From: the human T2T-CHM13v2.0 reference genome, Homo sapiens
Direction: 5' to 3' (one strand)
DNA: 64,000 nt
NCBI RefSeq assembly: GCF_009914755.1
Contig: NC_060927.1
The notes below the pieces were generated by a model that did not search any database, was not told the origin of the DNA, and saw only the letters and a list, made by a program, of their open reading frames with translations. Made by a program: the position numbers and the translations under genes. Shown one piece after another: positions 1 through 13,430 of this stretch. The first letter of the stretch is position 1; the number at the start of each line of letters is the position of its first letter.

Positions 1-1591
1 GCCTCCTCAGCAAAGAAAATCTTCTGCTGCGGCCTTGTCAATGGTGTGATAATGTGAGCTATTTCTCCTCCCTCTCTCTCACCACAGACATATATCATGG
101 AGTGCTTTGTTATTTAAAAGCATGTATAAGAAAGATTACCAACCCCCCATACCACAGGGAATACTTCAGAAGTGAAATATGCAATCATTTAGGGGTTACA
201 TTTAAAATACCTCCTCCCCTTTTATCATTATATTTCTTCACTTGCACTAGGCTAAAATATGAGGTGTTTCTGCTGCTGTGAGAATTTTTTTTTCTAATTT
301 CTGAAATAATACCATAGCTTGGAGATTAATGTTCAGGCTTTACCAAGATTATAACAAATGCATATTGCTTTGATCTAAATATTTCTCCAAAGGTTGTTGC
401 TGATCATTCTCCCTTGCCTATAATCTTCTAAGAAAGCTTTTGAATTTGCCAGCCTGATACCCAGGGGAACAAGAGTGCAGCTGCCTTCCCTTCCTTCCCC
501 CTCATCTTCCCAAGGATACTCTGTTCTCAGTTTTGCCCAAATTAGTCCCAGGATTTCAGTTGTCTTTTTTGTCCAACATTCCATCATGCAATTCATTAAC
601 ATCTTCACATGAAATATTTAACAGATGAGTTATGTCCTAATTCACATTGCAGTTTTAAATTGTTATTCATGTGGTAAGTCATTTATCTTGGACACCAACA
701 GACCTCCGGAATGGGCTCACATTTGATGTAAAGAAGGTTGGAGTTATTTTCCTTGATGCTCCAGAACAGTGCCCTTTTTCCAAACCCTGGGTTAATCATG
801 AAATATTCCCAAAAAATGACATTCAGATTCGTTGTTAGTTCTACTTGCAGTTAACTGTTTTGAAAACAAACAGAAGAAAACATTTAAACAAACGTGGCTT
901 GGGTAATGGCTATTACAGTTGACCGTTAACTAAGGCAAGTTGGAATCCAAACATGCCAGGCCTTGTTACTATCACTGCTAGCAATCTTTGCCATGGTGCA
1001 CAAAGAAATAAAAATTCAGAGACTGTCAAAGTGGAGGTGAGACTGGATAAGAGATATTAACCAAGCCATGTAAAAATACCCAGTGCCCTGATTAAGAAAT
1101 ATGACCAGCAAGGAAGCTGATGATCTGGATGAGCATTTATCTGTACAATTTGGGTTTTGGGAAAAGTCACTCTACTCCTAAGAGATGAAATATATGGGAA
1201 ATCCTTAGCAGGTAATTTATTTATTATTAACTTATTGTAGTTGTATTCCCTCTAATAAAACTACAATTTTCTACTATATTCCTACCTATGGATTGGAATC
1301 TATTAGGAGAAAATCTTCTGTTTGTAGAACAAGCCAGTGCAAGTCAGCTCTTGGATCTGTTTCTCTGCCTGGACACCACAATGAAATGGTAATTGTCCAC
1401 ATTTGCAATTGTCCAGCAGTAGCCAGGTCATTGAGAAGTTTTGTGGGCAGGTGGCCTGATTGATGTGCACAGGAAGCTGATGGCACCAGTATCATGGACA
1501 GCAGTCTTCTTGGGTTCTGTACCCTGACCTGTCTAACCTTGTCCTGAGTATGCATGAATGATCACAATTCCAGAAGGGGTGGGTGACAGGA

Positions 1592-2016
1592 CATCTTCTG
1601 TTTTCTTTTGCTTTTAACAGAGTGGTAGAAGCCGGGTAATTTGTAAAGAAAAGGAATTCACTTCTTAAAGCCTCTTCTCAGAGGCTGAGAAGTCCAAGTT
1701 CAAGGGGCCCCATGTGGTGAGGGACTTGCTGGTGGGGGCTCTGCAGAGTCCCAGGGAGGCACAGGGCATGGCATCGTGAGGGGACTGAGCGTGCTCACTC
1801 AGGTCTCTCTCCCTCTTCCTGTAAATCCACCAGTCCCACTCTCATGATAACTCATTAATCCATTAACCCATTAATCTATTAATAGATTAATCCATTCATG
1901 AGGACAGAGTCCTCGGGACCCAATCACCTCTTAAAAGTGCCACCTCTTAATACTGCTGCATTAGAGATCAAATTTTAACATGAGTTTCAGAGAGGACCAA
2001 CATTCAAACCATAGCA
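1592..2016 (-). mobile_element. MaLR solo LTR (MSTC/MSTD/MLT1A-like)
   Basis: Motifs ctgagaagtccaag and aatcacctcttaa, terminal caaaccatagca; flanked by possible cagga/caggt 5-bp TSD. Confidence 0.8.
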
Positions 2017-3169
2017 CAGGTTTTGAATGGTGGAGCACACCTTTCCTTAATCCTGAAGGAAAAAGATTAATTCTCTAAGAGCCTGCTTGGCTGATAGCAT
2101 GATTTTGTAATGCATTTGCTCACTGATATAACACTCTAAGGAACATTCCTAGGAGTGGACAGTTTGCATTGGTCATAGATGAATTTTCTGCTCACTCTCA
2201 ACATAATTGGCATGAAAGGCATATTAGCCATGAAACATAAGAATAAAGAATAAAAGCTCTAGGAGCAAGTCATAACATGAATGATGACAACACTATCAAC
2301 TAGTTAGAGTATTTTAATACCCGTGATTTTATTTACTCTCACTGATTTTTGTCCCACAAAAATTCTGTTCAGAAGCCAGAGCCGGTGCAACTCTATTGGT
2401 GGAGACAGAGAGGTAAAGTGACATACCCAAGGGTACACAGCAGTGGTCTTAAAACGGGTTTGCAATCAGTTCTCGCAGCAAAACAACTCCTGATTGGAAT
2501 TCACTGATGGTGGCAGGATTGTTTTTCTGCCTTTTGGATGAGCTCTCTATGTGTATGTGAATATATTGTATGACTGGAGGGCTGGGCAAATGGAAGTAGG
2601 GGTGTTTGGGTGAGCTTGTGTGCCAGGCATAGTGAGCACTATTTTACAAACCAGATCTGTGCCCCTCTAGTATGTTGCAAGTTGAGGCCAACCCCACAGG
2701 AAATTATTTCTAAATGAATACGATATGAGAAAAGTTGTTTTATTTCTAATTTTATATGTTTTATTTCTAATTTTATATTTTGTGAGTTTCAGATTACACT
2801 TGAATGCATGTCTATTAACATGATATGAGATGCATGCATGATTTCATCTTGAATGCATTTAAACATAATAGCACTGCAAATGTAATTTGTAGTCTCAAGT
2901 TTTATAAAGCAAAATAAATAAATCTGGAGGGTGGTTGTTGCATTGATTTCTTTAGGGTTCATTCAAACTCATTTCCAACTTCCCCTTGCAAGTCCAGGTT
3001 GTCTCACGCTGGCAGTCCTGTCTGATCTAAACCCCCTATACCTAAGTCATCTCATTTCTTCTACCTCTGGGGAGTGGTAGTATGGACGGGTTTGTGGAGA
3101 ATTGTACCTTCCATCCTTAAGGAGTGCTAGGGTCCATTTCTTTTCTATGGTTCCTTCTGGGATCACTGG

Positions 3170-3376
3170 TCATCGTCCAGTAGAAGTCTCTGCAATGATG
3201 GAAATATTCTAGATCTGCATGGTCCAGTACCGTAGCCTCTAGCACCCTGTGGCTACGGAGCACTTGACATCTAACTAGTGCAACTAAGGAACTAAATTGT
3301 GAATATTATTTAATTTTAGTTAATTTTTATTTAAATAGCCACATGTAACTAATGGCCACTAATTTGGACAGCACAG
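3170..3376. mobile_element. MER3 hAT-Charlie DNA transposon
   Basis: gtccagtagaa...tgcaatgatggaaatattct...tttaaatagccacatgt...ttggacagcacag matches recalled MER3. Confidence 0.8.
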
Positions 3377-4841
3377 GATCAGAGCATTCAAGGTCAGCTG
3401 CCTGTCCCTAGATTCAAGCATGCCGATCATTGGTATTCTGCAAAGCAAATGGTCTATGTGTTTTGGATGATGCCCTGCATTCGTTTCTGTCAGCTCTGGG
3501 GATGCTGAAGTGTGAATCTCTCTTCGGTGATTTGACTGCCCTCCCCAGGCCTGTACCCCTGGCGGTTGTGTCTCTCACATCTTTTTCTCAATACACCTAT
3601 CACCCAGCACATACTGGGTTTCTGATAAACATGGGAGAAAGGAATGGAGGAAGGGAGGGTAAAAGTAGATAAGAAGGAAGTTAGACAGTTGGGAAAAGAG
3701 GAAGTCTGGAAGGAAGATACTTTGTTGAAGTTTCGATATCTGTAGTTAAGCCCTCTTAGAGTATTGAGAGGAGTTGTGAGAACAGTCACACAGATAGTTC
3801 AAAAGAGAGGTCAGTGCTTCAGATTCCTGAATATTTCACATGAAAGGATTCTGGGCTCTTTGAGATGGCAATTCTTATAACAATAATTTTGCTGTCTTGG
3901 TTTCCAAAGACCATCCCAGTATCTTGGGGTCGCTGTCCTAGGAGGCTCACCCCATATTGGCACATGGGGAAGGATCCTATGGGATAATATTTTCTGGATC
4001 GGTTGTGTTCCTGGGTGGTGAGTAAGATATCACCAGATGCAGTTGTGTAAAGGGACTTTGTCTCTATCCATGTGATGAAGATTCCCAGCAGGGAGGGAGC
4101 CCTGGGACATCTGTAATCAAATTGAAGTAAGGAGCACTGTGACCTCCGGGGAAATATGTTGATGATTTTCTGGACTGTCTAAAACATTACAAACCCCAGG
4201 AATGGTGATTTTTTTTTTTCTGTAACTCTCCTTGGGACTTGAGTTTCACAAAAGCATTTGCTGTCTTTGTTTTCCTTATTAAATTAGCAAGACTGACTTA
4301 AATCAATATACTGTTACTGCTTGAAATGTTGCTGAAAGAACAAAATAGACGGGCTTGACAAATGTCTCAGGTTCCATTTAGGTTATGTGGGGGCTGAAGG
4401 GAGAGAGTGGGACTCACTGAAGTAGTCGTGTTTTCTCTGATAAAGGTCAAGAAAAGAAAAATGTGGACCAAAACTAAGGAAAATAGTGAAAGGAAGCTAC
4501 ACTTCTGTTTGTGGCTTGTGGCAGGTGATATTTGTTTTTCTGAATAGAGTTGGCCATAGGATTCCCTTAAGCATTTTTGTTTATTTGCTTGTTTGTTGGG
4601 GGAGAGGGTTATTCTTATTTTTTTTTTTGTTGCCTTGTTTTTTGCACTTTAAATCATTTTCACGCTCAAGAAATAATGAGCTCAATCCCGTTACTCTCGA
4701 TCCCTTACTCTCATTCTCCCATTTCCCATTTTATAGGCCCTTTCCCTAGCACTTCCTCTGCGAGCTTTCAGAGTGGGCTTTCTAAAAATATAAACCTGAT
4801 CCTGCCACTTCGATACTAAAGACCTTCAATGGCACCAACGG

Positions 4842-5045
4842 CAGATGTCAGAATACTTTTTCTGTAAAGGACCAATAGTAAATAACTGAGGTTTTGTGGG
4901 CCATGCAATCTCAGTTAAAACTACTCAGCTCTGCTATTGGAGTCATAGACAGTGTGCAAACCAATTAGTGTGGCTGTGCTGCAAGAAAACTTTATTTACA
5001 AAAAGAGGCTGGATTTCACCATTGGACCAATCTCTGGCCTACGTA
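4842..5045 (-). mobile_element. MER58A hAT DNA transposon
   Basis: ttttctgtaaagg..atagtaaata..actactcagctctgc..aaactttatttacaaaaa. Confidence 0.75.
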
Positions 5046-6335
5046 CTCTTGAAGCTTTGGCCTGACATTCAAGACCTTTTGCCATTTGACCTCAGCCTGA
5101 ACAACTGGGTCCCCGTTCCCATTCTTCTCAAGCCTCCAAACAAATGATGGTCTTTAAAAAGGTTCTCTCCCTTCCCCTCCCTTACTGTTTCCTCCATTTG
5201 GATTGCCATCTTCCCTGGCTTCTTACTGTTCTGTGAGTGGGCTCTCCATGCCTCACCTTACACAAAGCTCTCACCAGGCCAAGTCAGCCCCATTCTCTGC
5301 ACGCTCCAGTTCTTTATGCCTCTAGTGTAGCTTTTACAATGGATCTACTCCTCAACTGGACGTGGAGGGAGCTTAGTACCCAGTGTAGAGCTTAGTACTC
5401 ACTGAACAAATGGTCGTGAAGTTGATCCATCAATGAAATTGTGAGTCCCTTAATCATAGGAGAGTATATTAACTTATGGGTAAAAGAAAACACTGCAAAC
5501 CCCAGATATGCCACAGGAAGCCAGGGGCCAGTGTTACTGGAAAGGGGATGAGGTCAGCTAGCCGGAACACAGCTAGGTCAAAACTAGCAGAACAATTGCA
5601 GCCAGGACTATCCAGGAGCCTTTGGGCAACAACCTCATGGTGCAGGCAGGGGTGTGAGTGAGGAGAGAGGGAAGCAGTTCTAGTTCAGGGCATCAGGACC
5701 AGGACGAGGATGCAGCCTGCTGGAGGGAGATCAGAGAGAAGCAGCCTGCATGATTAATGGGATGGAGGGACTGACTCATGAGGAAAGATGAAAGCGCCCC
5801 AAGGAGCTGGGGTAGAGGACCGACAGGGGCAGATGAGAACAGACTGCAAGTATGTGAGATGGATAAACACCCAGCGGGGAGCAGCTGGCTTCATCAGGGA
5901 GGTGAAGATGAGGGCTCCATCAGAGAACGGGGGTGGGGGTCTCAGAAAGGGCATCAGGAGACTCATGGAAGCTCAAGAGATGACAGGTGGGCCCAGGACA
6001 GCTCTGGGCTGTTGGAGGGAGAAGCACCATGGAAAGGCTACCCTGGAGTGACTCTTTCAGGGAGTCAGACCCTGTTTTGCACCCTGCACCCTGGCCTGTC
6101 AGGCATTTGGAAGATGAGATTTATTTGAAATGCAGTCAACTACCATCAGACTCAAAATCAGCTTCTTTCAGGCATTCTCTGAAATGTTCTCCAATGCTGG
6201 GAAGAACAGCTTTTGTGTTGTGTAGTCTGGCCACGTGGCCCACATCACAGTAGGTCCCCAACAGCTGATTTACTAAAGCCATCCCCCACCTTGGCTGTGC
6301 GTGAGAATCATCTGGGACACTTTTAAAACATACCC

Positions 6336-6682
<347 letters not shown>

Positions 6683-8248
6683 CTATAATATCACTTGAAA
6701 GTTTTTTTTAAAAAGCAAGCATTTACCTATGGGTCGTCTGTGTACTCAGCATCTTGCTGGAGGCAGGGGTCCAGCAGGGAGCAAGAACAGGTCCTCATTC
6801 TTGGGAAGGCTGTGGTCCAGAGAACGAAGGACACTTAAGGCAGAGCAGAATGAGCCTGGGCACCGACATGGTGCATTTCAGAGGCTTTTCACGTTCTGCA
6901 TGTTGCAGCCGTGCACTGCTCTAGTCTTTATCCTAGAGTCGGAAATTCTAAGTGCAAACACAGATGGCAAATCTCTCCCAATGTACACACCCAGTTAACC
7001 TTTACTCTCAGGGCTGGCTTCAACAATTTCTTTAGGAAGTAGAAATGCCCTTGATAGTTATCAGGGTAACAACAGCCCAAGACCTTTATGAATCTCCAAG
7101 TTCCTGAAGCCAGCACAACAATGATTACCCAAATGGGAGGTCCAGTATAGTGGCACGCAAAATTTTTAGAGTATTTAAGTGATTTTTTTTCTTACAATTG
7201 TGTATTTCTTTTGATGGGTGTTCCAGTTTTATTTAGGTTGAATTACTGTAGGTCTTTAAGCAAAAGAAAGAAATGTGGAAGGACAATAAGAGTATTGGTG
7301 GTATGCAAATATGGTAAAAATGGGGAGGTTGTGTGCAACAGACTACAGTTTGCAAAACTGCACTGGGGTAAATGACGTGCTCCAGGGAATTCAGTATTCC
7401 CTGTAGTCTCATTCTTCTGAACGCCTCTCAAGTTTTCCCACCATCTGAGGAGCATTTTGCCCTTACCATTTTACTTCCTGAGATGGTTTCAGGTCTTTCA
7501 AGTGGTTTGGGCTTCATGGAGAAAAATAAGGTGAACTTCCTCATGTTATAGTTTTGAGGTTCCACTAAATTTCACTTCCCAAAGTTTCAAGTCACATTCT
7601 TAACCTCTTCTCTTTTTGGCTGTTTCTGTCACTAGAACTAGCATTCACAGTTGCTTTAGGAAGCTTTTCACAGACAAAGAAAAAATTACATAATTTTACC
7701 AGAGTTCCATGGGAGAGAAGAACCTTGAGATGTGGACTCTAGGAGGCCAGTTAAACTAAGACACATTATAGTAAAGTGACTCACTTCTGAATTCTAGCCT
7801 CATGACAAGTGCTTTTCAAATGTTACGTCTCAAAAACACATGCAGAGTACACATTTTAGACATGCAAGTTCAAACAGTAATAGCTGACAGGAACTGAAGC
7901 AATAGTGATCTTTTGAATTTTTTTTTTTCTTTCCTCTTCTCAGCTTGTGTTGGGGTGGGGGTAGGGGCAGTGGTGCAAGCATATGAATTTTAGAAATGCC
8001 GAAGTAACATGTCTCCAAAGAGCGATCTGCACTGTGCTGTTTGTTTTGTATCGAGAGTTCTGTGAGTGCAGGTAAACTTGAGAATTCTTTACCTGAAAGA
8101 TAAAATGTTTTAGTTGTATGCTTCACTGTACATTTTATTTTATATGCTTATATCAGCTTCTTGCCATGACGGATAATTTTCAACGATAATCTTAAATAAT
8201 TGTGTAAAGGGATCACTAATGCCTTGTTTTATTTATAATTTGTCCCAG

Positions 8249-8310
8249 CTGTAGGCATTCAGATGAAACTTGAATTTTTCCAAAGGAAGTTCTGGACTGC
8301 CAGCAGACAG
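8249..8310 (+). CDS. CACNA2D3: CACNA2D3 internal coding exon (62 nt, phase 1-0): (A)VGIQMKLEFFQRKFWTASRQ
   Basis: Acceptor tttgtcccag| and donor CAG|gtaagt; peptide recognised as alpha2delta-3; in frame with next exon. Confidence 0.96.
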
Positions 8311-9061
8311 GTAAGTTATAATCAGCATCTTGAAGCATTAGCGACACTGTTATTATACAGGTGTTCCCATTTGGGTACCTGGAGCCTGAAAGTGCCAGAT
8401 TTCCGATGAATGTTTGTAAAATCAACTGCCGGCTGCTCAGATTACCTTTCATTTCACTGCAAAATAAAGGGCTGTCAGCATGTTAGACACCACATGCTGA
8501 GCAAAGCAGGGAATTTGCTCCTAGGAACAGTTTTAATTGTGGGATCAAGATAGTGACCTTCCAAAGGAGTTTTTCTTTTAAGTATTGGGGCCTTTTGTGA
8601 GATTTTCATTCTGACTTTCTCCTAATCCTGTGGTCGTGCCTGGTTACTTACTTGTGAATCTCATTATCAAAATCTAGAAACCCTTTACGTAACTAGTTTC
8701 TCCAAAACATGTATCTGACTTCTTTGTTCACAGGGTCTACCTTGGAGAATCTGGGAACATTGTTTTCTTTTCGCTATGCTCTCTGTACTAAGTCATCTCA
8801 GTGGTATTTGTTGAGTAATTTGGTAGAAAGGGCCACTGATAAGTTGCTTCCATCTGACCAAGAATAAATGTTAGAATGGCTTATCATCCTTTAAATTAAG
8901 ATACTTTAGGAAGCTATAAACTAAGGAGATGGACAGGGGTTTTTTAAAGTCACTGAGAATTAATGAATTTTAAATTAATTACATAATTGTATTTTTAGTT
9001 ACCAAAAGATTTGAGATCTTAAAAAGATATCATTACTGTTTAATGACAACATAAAGTAGAC

Positions 9062-9358
<297 letters not shown>

Positions 9359-9598
9359 CACCCCGCTCAGTTGTTTCATAGATCTTTTATTTTACATTAC
9401 TACTTGGAATTGATACTGATTCCAGAGATAGTAGACAAGACACATCATGGAGCATTCCTTTTCAATGAAATTGGGTATTTGAATTCTAGCCCATGACTTG
9501 GATAGCTTGTCCTTAAGTAGCTCAGTGGCAGCCACAGCAGGCACTGGGATGCCCAAGTAACATAGTAACACATTTCCCTCCACTTTTTGCCTTCACAG

Positions 9599-9643
9599 TG
9601 TGCTTCCCTGGATGGCAAATGCTCCATCAGCTGTGATGATGAG
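9599..9643 (+). CDS. CACNA2D3: CACNA2D3 coding exon (45 nt, phase 0-0): CASLDGKCSISCDDE
   Basis: Pyrimidine tract plus cttcacag| acceptor, GAG|gtaaga donor; Cys-rich alpha2delta peptide; phases fit both neighbours. Confidence 0.96.
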
Positions 9644-10169
9644 GTAAGACGGCCTCCTGGTCCTGTTTCTACCCCTGTGGATAGAAGGTGACAGATGGTG
9701 CTTTATGACCGAGGGAATGCCCTTATAAACAAGGCCAGGTTGACGCATTGTACTGGGCCAATCTAAAAAAAAAAAAATCATTTGCTTTATTTGCTTTGTT
9801 TCTTTTTTTTTGTTCCCCACCTCCCATCAGTTTATGACAGCTGGAAATGTGCTTTAAATGTCTCATGGATAGCACTATTGGAATTTTGACATTTTGTAGG
9901 AAATAATACAAACTCCTAACTCCTACTGTTTGAAGCTCACATTACAATTCTCAAACCTTTTTCTACATGCCTTAATCTCTTTCCATCCTTGCAACAACCG
10001 GTGAAATAGGTAGGACTTGTTGACCCATCTTGCAGATAAGAAAAACTGAGCATCAGAGAAATTAAGTGATTCAGCTAATTTCATGTAATAAGCAAACAAA
10101 AAACCTAGGAGTTAAAAACTTTGAAACTCAAAATGTTTCTTTGTAGCATACTGCTTCTCTCCTACAAAT

Positions 10170-10850
10170 CTTTTCTTTTTTCTTTTCTTTCTCCTCTTCT
10201 GTTCTCTCTCTCTCTCTCCGTCTCCCTCCTCTCCTCCCCTCCCCTCCCCTCCTCTCCTCCCCTCCGTTCCTCACCCCTCTCCTCCCTTCCCCTCCCCTCC
10301 CCTCCTCTCCTCTCCTTTCTTCTCCTCTCCTCCCCTCCCTTCCTCACCCCTCTCCTCCCTTCCCCTCCCCTCCCCTCCTCTCCTCTCCTTTCTTCTCTCC
10401 TCCCCTCCCTTCCTCACCCCTCTCCTCCCTTCCTCACCCCTCTCCTCCCTTCCCCTCCCCTTCCCTCCCCTCCTCTCCCCTCCTCTCTTCCCCTCCCTTC
10501 TTCACCCCTCTCCTCCCTTCCTGTCCCCTCCTCTCCCCCGCCTCCCCTCCTCTCCTTTCTTCTCCTCTCCTCCCCTCCCTTCCTCACCCCTCTCCTCCCT
10601 TCCCCTCCCCTCCCCTCCTCTCCCCTCCCCTCCTCTCCTATCCTTTCTTCTCCTCTCCTCCCCTCCTTTCCTCACCCCTCTCCTCCCTTCCCCTCCCCTC
10701 CCCTCCTCTCCCCTCCCCTCCTCTCCTATCCTTTCTTCTCCTCTCCTCCCCTCCGTTCCTCACCCCTCTCCTCCCTTCCCCTCCCCTCCTCTCCTCTCCC
10801 CTCCCCTCTCCTCTGCTCTCCTCTCCTCTCCTCTTTTTCTCTCTCTCTGC
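10170..10850. repeat. CT-rich polypyrimidine complex tandem repeat (~680 bp)
   Basis: Almost exclusively C/T; 10321-10380 is identical to 10561-10620. Confidence 0.95.
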
Positions 10851-11654
10851 CTTTTGGGAGGAGGGATTTTAATCCTACACATGCGCAATGGAAGAAGAAA
10901 CTATGCCACTACCCAAAGTGTTTCCATCTGCCTTATGTTTTTATACCTTGCCATCCCATACCCTCTGCCCCACGTTTTGGAGCAGGCAGAAGCATGGTGG
11001 CCTTTTCACTTCTCCTGAGGTAGCCTTTCTCTCTCTGCATCAGTGAAACAGCAGTCAATATGTAAACTAGACCTTATAAATAGTCACATATTTATATTCC
11101 TTCTGCTTATCATGAGGACTTAAGAAATCCTAACCAAACAATTTCAACCCAGAAAACATAGATTAGGAAGTAGATTTCAAAAAGGTGGACAAAGGAAAAA
11201 CAAGTAAGGAAATATAAAAGGAAGTCCAGGATGAAGTTAAAACAAAATGCTCGGTCCCAGAGGATCTGGCTGCTGGTTAGAAAATCATAATCATTGTATG
11301 AGTCACAGTATCAAAAAAAAAAAAGCCAGTCAGCAAAGTTTTCTGCAGAAGCCCAAGTTTCTGTGATCATCAGATCAAAACTAATTTCCCCTTAGGAAAG
11401 AATACCCTGTGAAGTTGTATGGTCCACACCCTTTTCAGCAAGTTCAGGGATAATTTTTGTAGGATAGTCAAGTGGGCCTCAAGCCTCTCCCATGTCTTTG
11501 AGACATTTATTGTCTTATTGGAGTGCTCAGCTCAAGAACAACACAACTCAATAGTAGTAGTGATTAATCAGTGTCTCGAGGCCCTGTGTTAAGCTCTTCA
11601 CTTGCACAGTGGGTATAATTATGAATCCCAGTTTTACAGTAAGAGGAGTGAGGA

Positions 11655-11800
11655 TGGTTAGTTGGTTAGTTGGCTGATTGTACAGATGGTTGGACGGGTG
11701 GCTCACAGCTAGGGCAGTAGCTTGAATAGTTGGTTGGCTCATTGGTTGGTTGGTTACGTAGTTGGTCGATTGATTGGATAGATGGTTGGATAGTTGGTTA
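11655..11800. repeat. Degenerate (TTGG)n tetranucleotide repeat, apparently interrupting a MIR relic
   Basis: ggttagttggttagttggctgattg...tggttggttgg; MIR-like sequence on both sides. Confidence 0.7.
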
Positions 11801-11949
11801 AACAATTTTATAACTAAAGCCAGAGACAGTAATCTTCCCAGAACCCACACTGCCTCAGTGCATCCTTATATAAAAACAAGTGGAAATGGATTTCCACTTA
11901 GAGTTGGAAACATCCAATACATGTTCATTCTTCAATGACTGCTTTCACA

Positions 11950-12195
11950 GGCAGTCTAACATGGTGGTTAAAGGCAAAACTATTTACACTGACTAGCTTC
12001 AAGTCGTGACTCTGACAGTAATAAAATGTGTGACCTTGGGCAAGTTTCCAAATCTTTCCATGCCTCAGTTTTCTCAACTATACAATGGGGATAGAAATAT
12101 CCACCTCACAGAGTAATGGTGAAGAATGAATAGATAAGACATGAACAATGCATGGTATGGCTCCTGGAAATGATAAGCATTCAATAAATGTTGTT
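11950..12195 (+). mobile_element. MIR SINE
   Basis: tgtgaccttgggcaagtt..gcctcagttttctc..tcaataaatgtt core and tail. Confidence 0.8.
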
Positions 12196-13069
12196 TATAA
12201 ATTTAAAAAAAAACAAACTCTGAAGATGTTTTCTTCCATGCTGTGGTTTCAGGTTGCTGGATTTGAAACCTCAGACAGCAATGGTATATACACTTTGGGC
12301 AAGTGACAGTTTCCCCTGGGCATAGTAAGCACAGGCTACGACCTCTTGCTCACTGCTAACAATGTTCTTTTAGCAACCATTGGGATAAACCCCTATTCAA
12401 ATGTCATTTAAAGGTCCACATGCTTTGAAAATTAAGCCTTGAAGTTGCCCTGATTTCTGAACTTGATCTGATGCTCAAATATCCTGAGTTTGTACTTTGA
12501 AGCTGTCATCCGTTGTCCTCTTTGACTCTTAAATTTTGGTTCCAGGCAACCAATTGACACTGTTTTAAATAGAAAAGTCAGTCCTGCCTTCTCACCAAGG
12601 CCCCTTTCCATTGTTTCAGCAGACTCTTGCCATGTGTCATTCTCTTTTTTGTAACTTTTAATTAGGCATATGAGACCATGTTCCTCTCCCCCAACTGCCC
12701 TCGAATGATCAGGTCTCCATTAAAAACAGCTGTGGGGGCTCATTAAGTTCAGTGGTCTGACTTCTCCATTGCACTTATGACCTGGCCCAACTCCCTCGGG
12801 CTTATCAGACACACTTAGCCTTAGATCCACTCCAGCCCCTTTGTCTCCCCAGTCAATGCACTCTCTGGGCCTTGGCAGGAGTGCTGTGGCTGGTAGGTGG
12901 AGCCAGTGTGCCAGATGCTCTGCCATCTTGTAGAGGTGCATCTTTGGTTGGCCCAGTCAGAACCTGAGCCATGTGACTTGAGGGCCTGGCCATGGGGCTG
13001 ACTTTTAAGGAGCTCCATTTCACCCAGGGTGAATGTTAACTTCCAAGCCATTGAGGCAACAGTTCACAC

Positions 13070-13430
13070 ACTCATTTCTTCCTTCAAGACATCTTTACCG
13101 AGCCCTTCTTAGGCACCTGGTGCCTGGCTGAGCACGGGGCAGTCAATGGGAAGCAGTCAGAAAAGGCCCTGCTCTCCTGAAGCTTACCGGTTAGCAGGAG
13201 AGATAAACTTATATGATCATCAATTGTGGTAAGTCCTGCAGAGTAAACTGACATGCGGTAGTCAGCGAAGGCTTCTCTGAGGGGGTAACATTTAAGTCAG
13301 CCAAAGAAGGAGATGATATTGAAGACAATTCCTGAAGCCTGAGAAGAGCTTTGCAAGCAGAGAACACCACTGTAGAGGCACCAAAGTGGCAAAGGGTCAT
13401 TGTGGTCAAGGAAAACACAGTTAGCATTCA
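13070..13430 (-). mobile_element. L2 LINE 3' fragment
   Basis: Degenerate cattc..tttaccgagc..ccctgctctcctgaagctta pattern of the L2 3' end. Confidence 0.55.

Noticed and set aside
1485-1505. Second RE1-like sequence ACCAGTATCATGGACAGCAGT
   Set aside because: Right half matches but the left half has several core mismatches
5754-6253. Several overlapping 70-116 aa ORFs in a purine-rich stretch
   Set aside because: No recognisable domain; expected by chance in G-rich stop-poor sequence
10121-11023. Longest ORF (300 aa, Pro/Ser/Leu-rich)
   Set aside because: Artefact of the C/T repeat, which cannot encode stop codons; TTG start; no gene features
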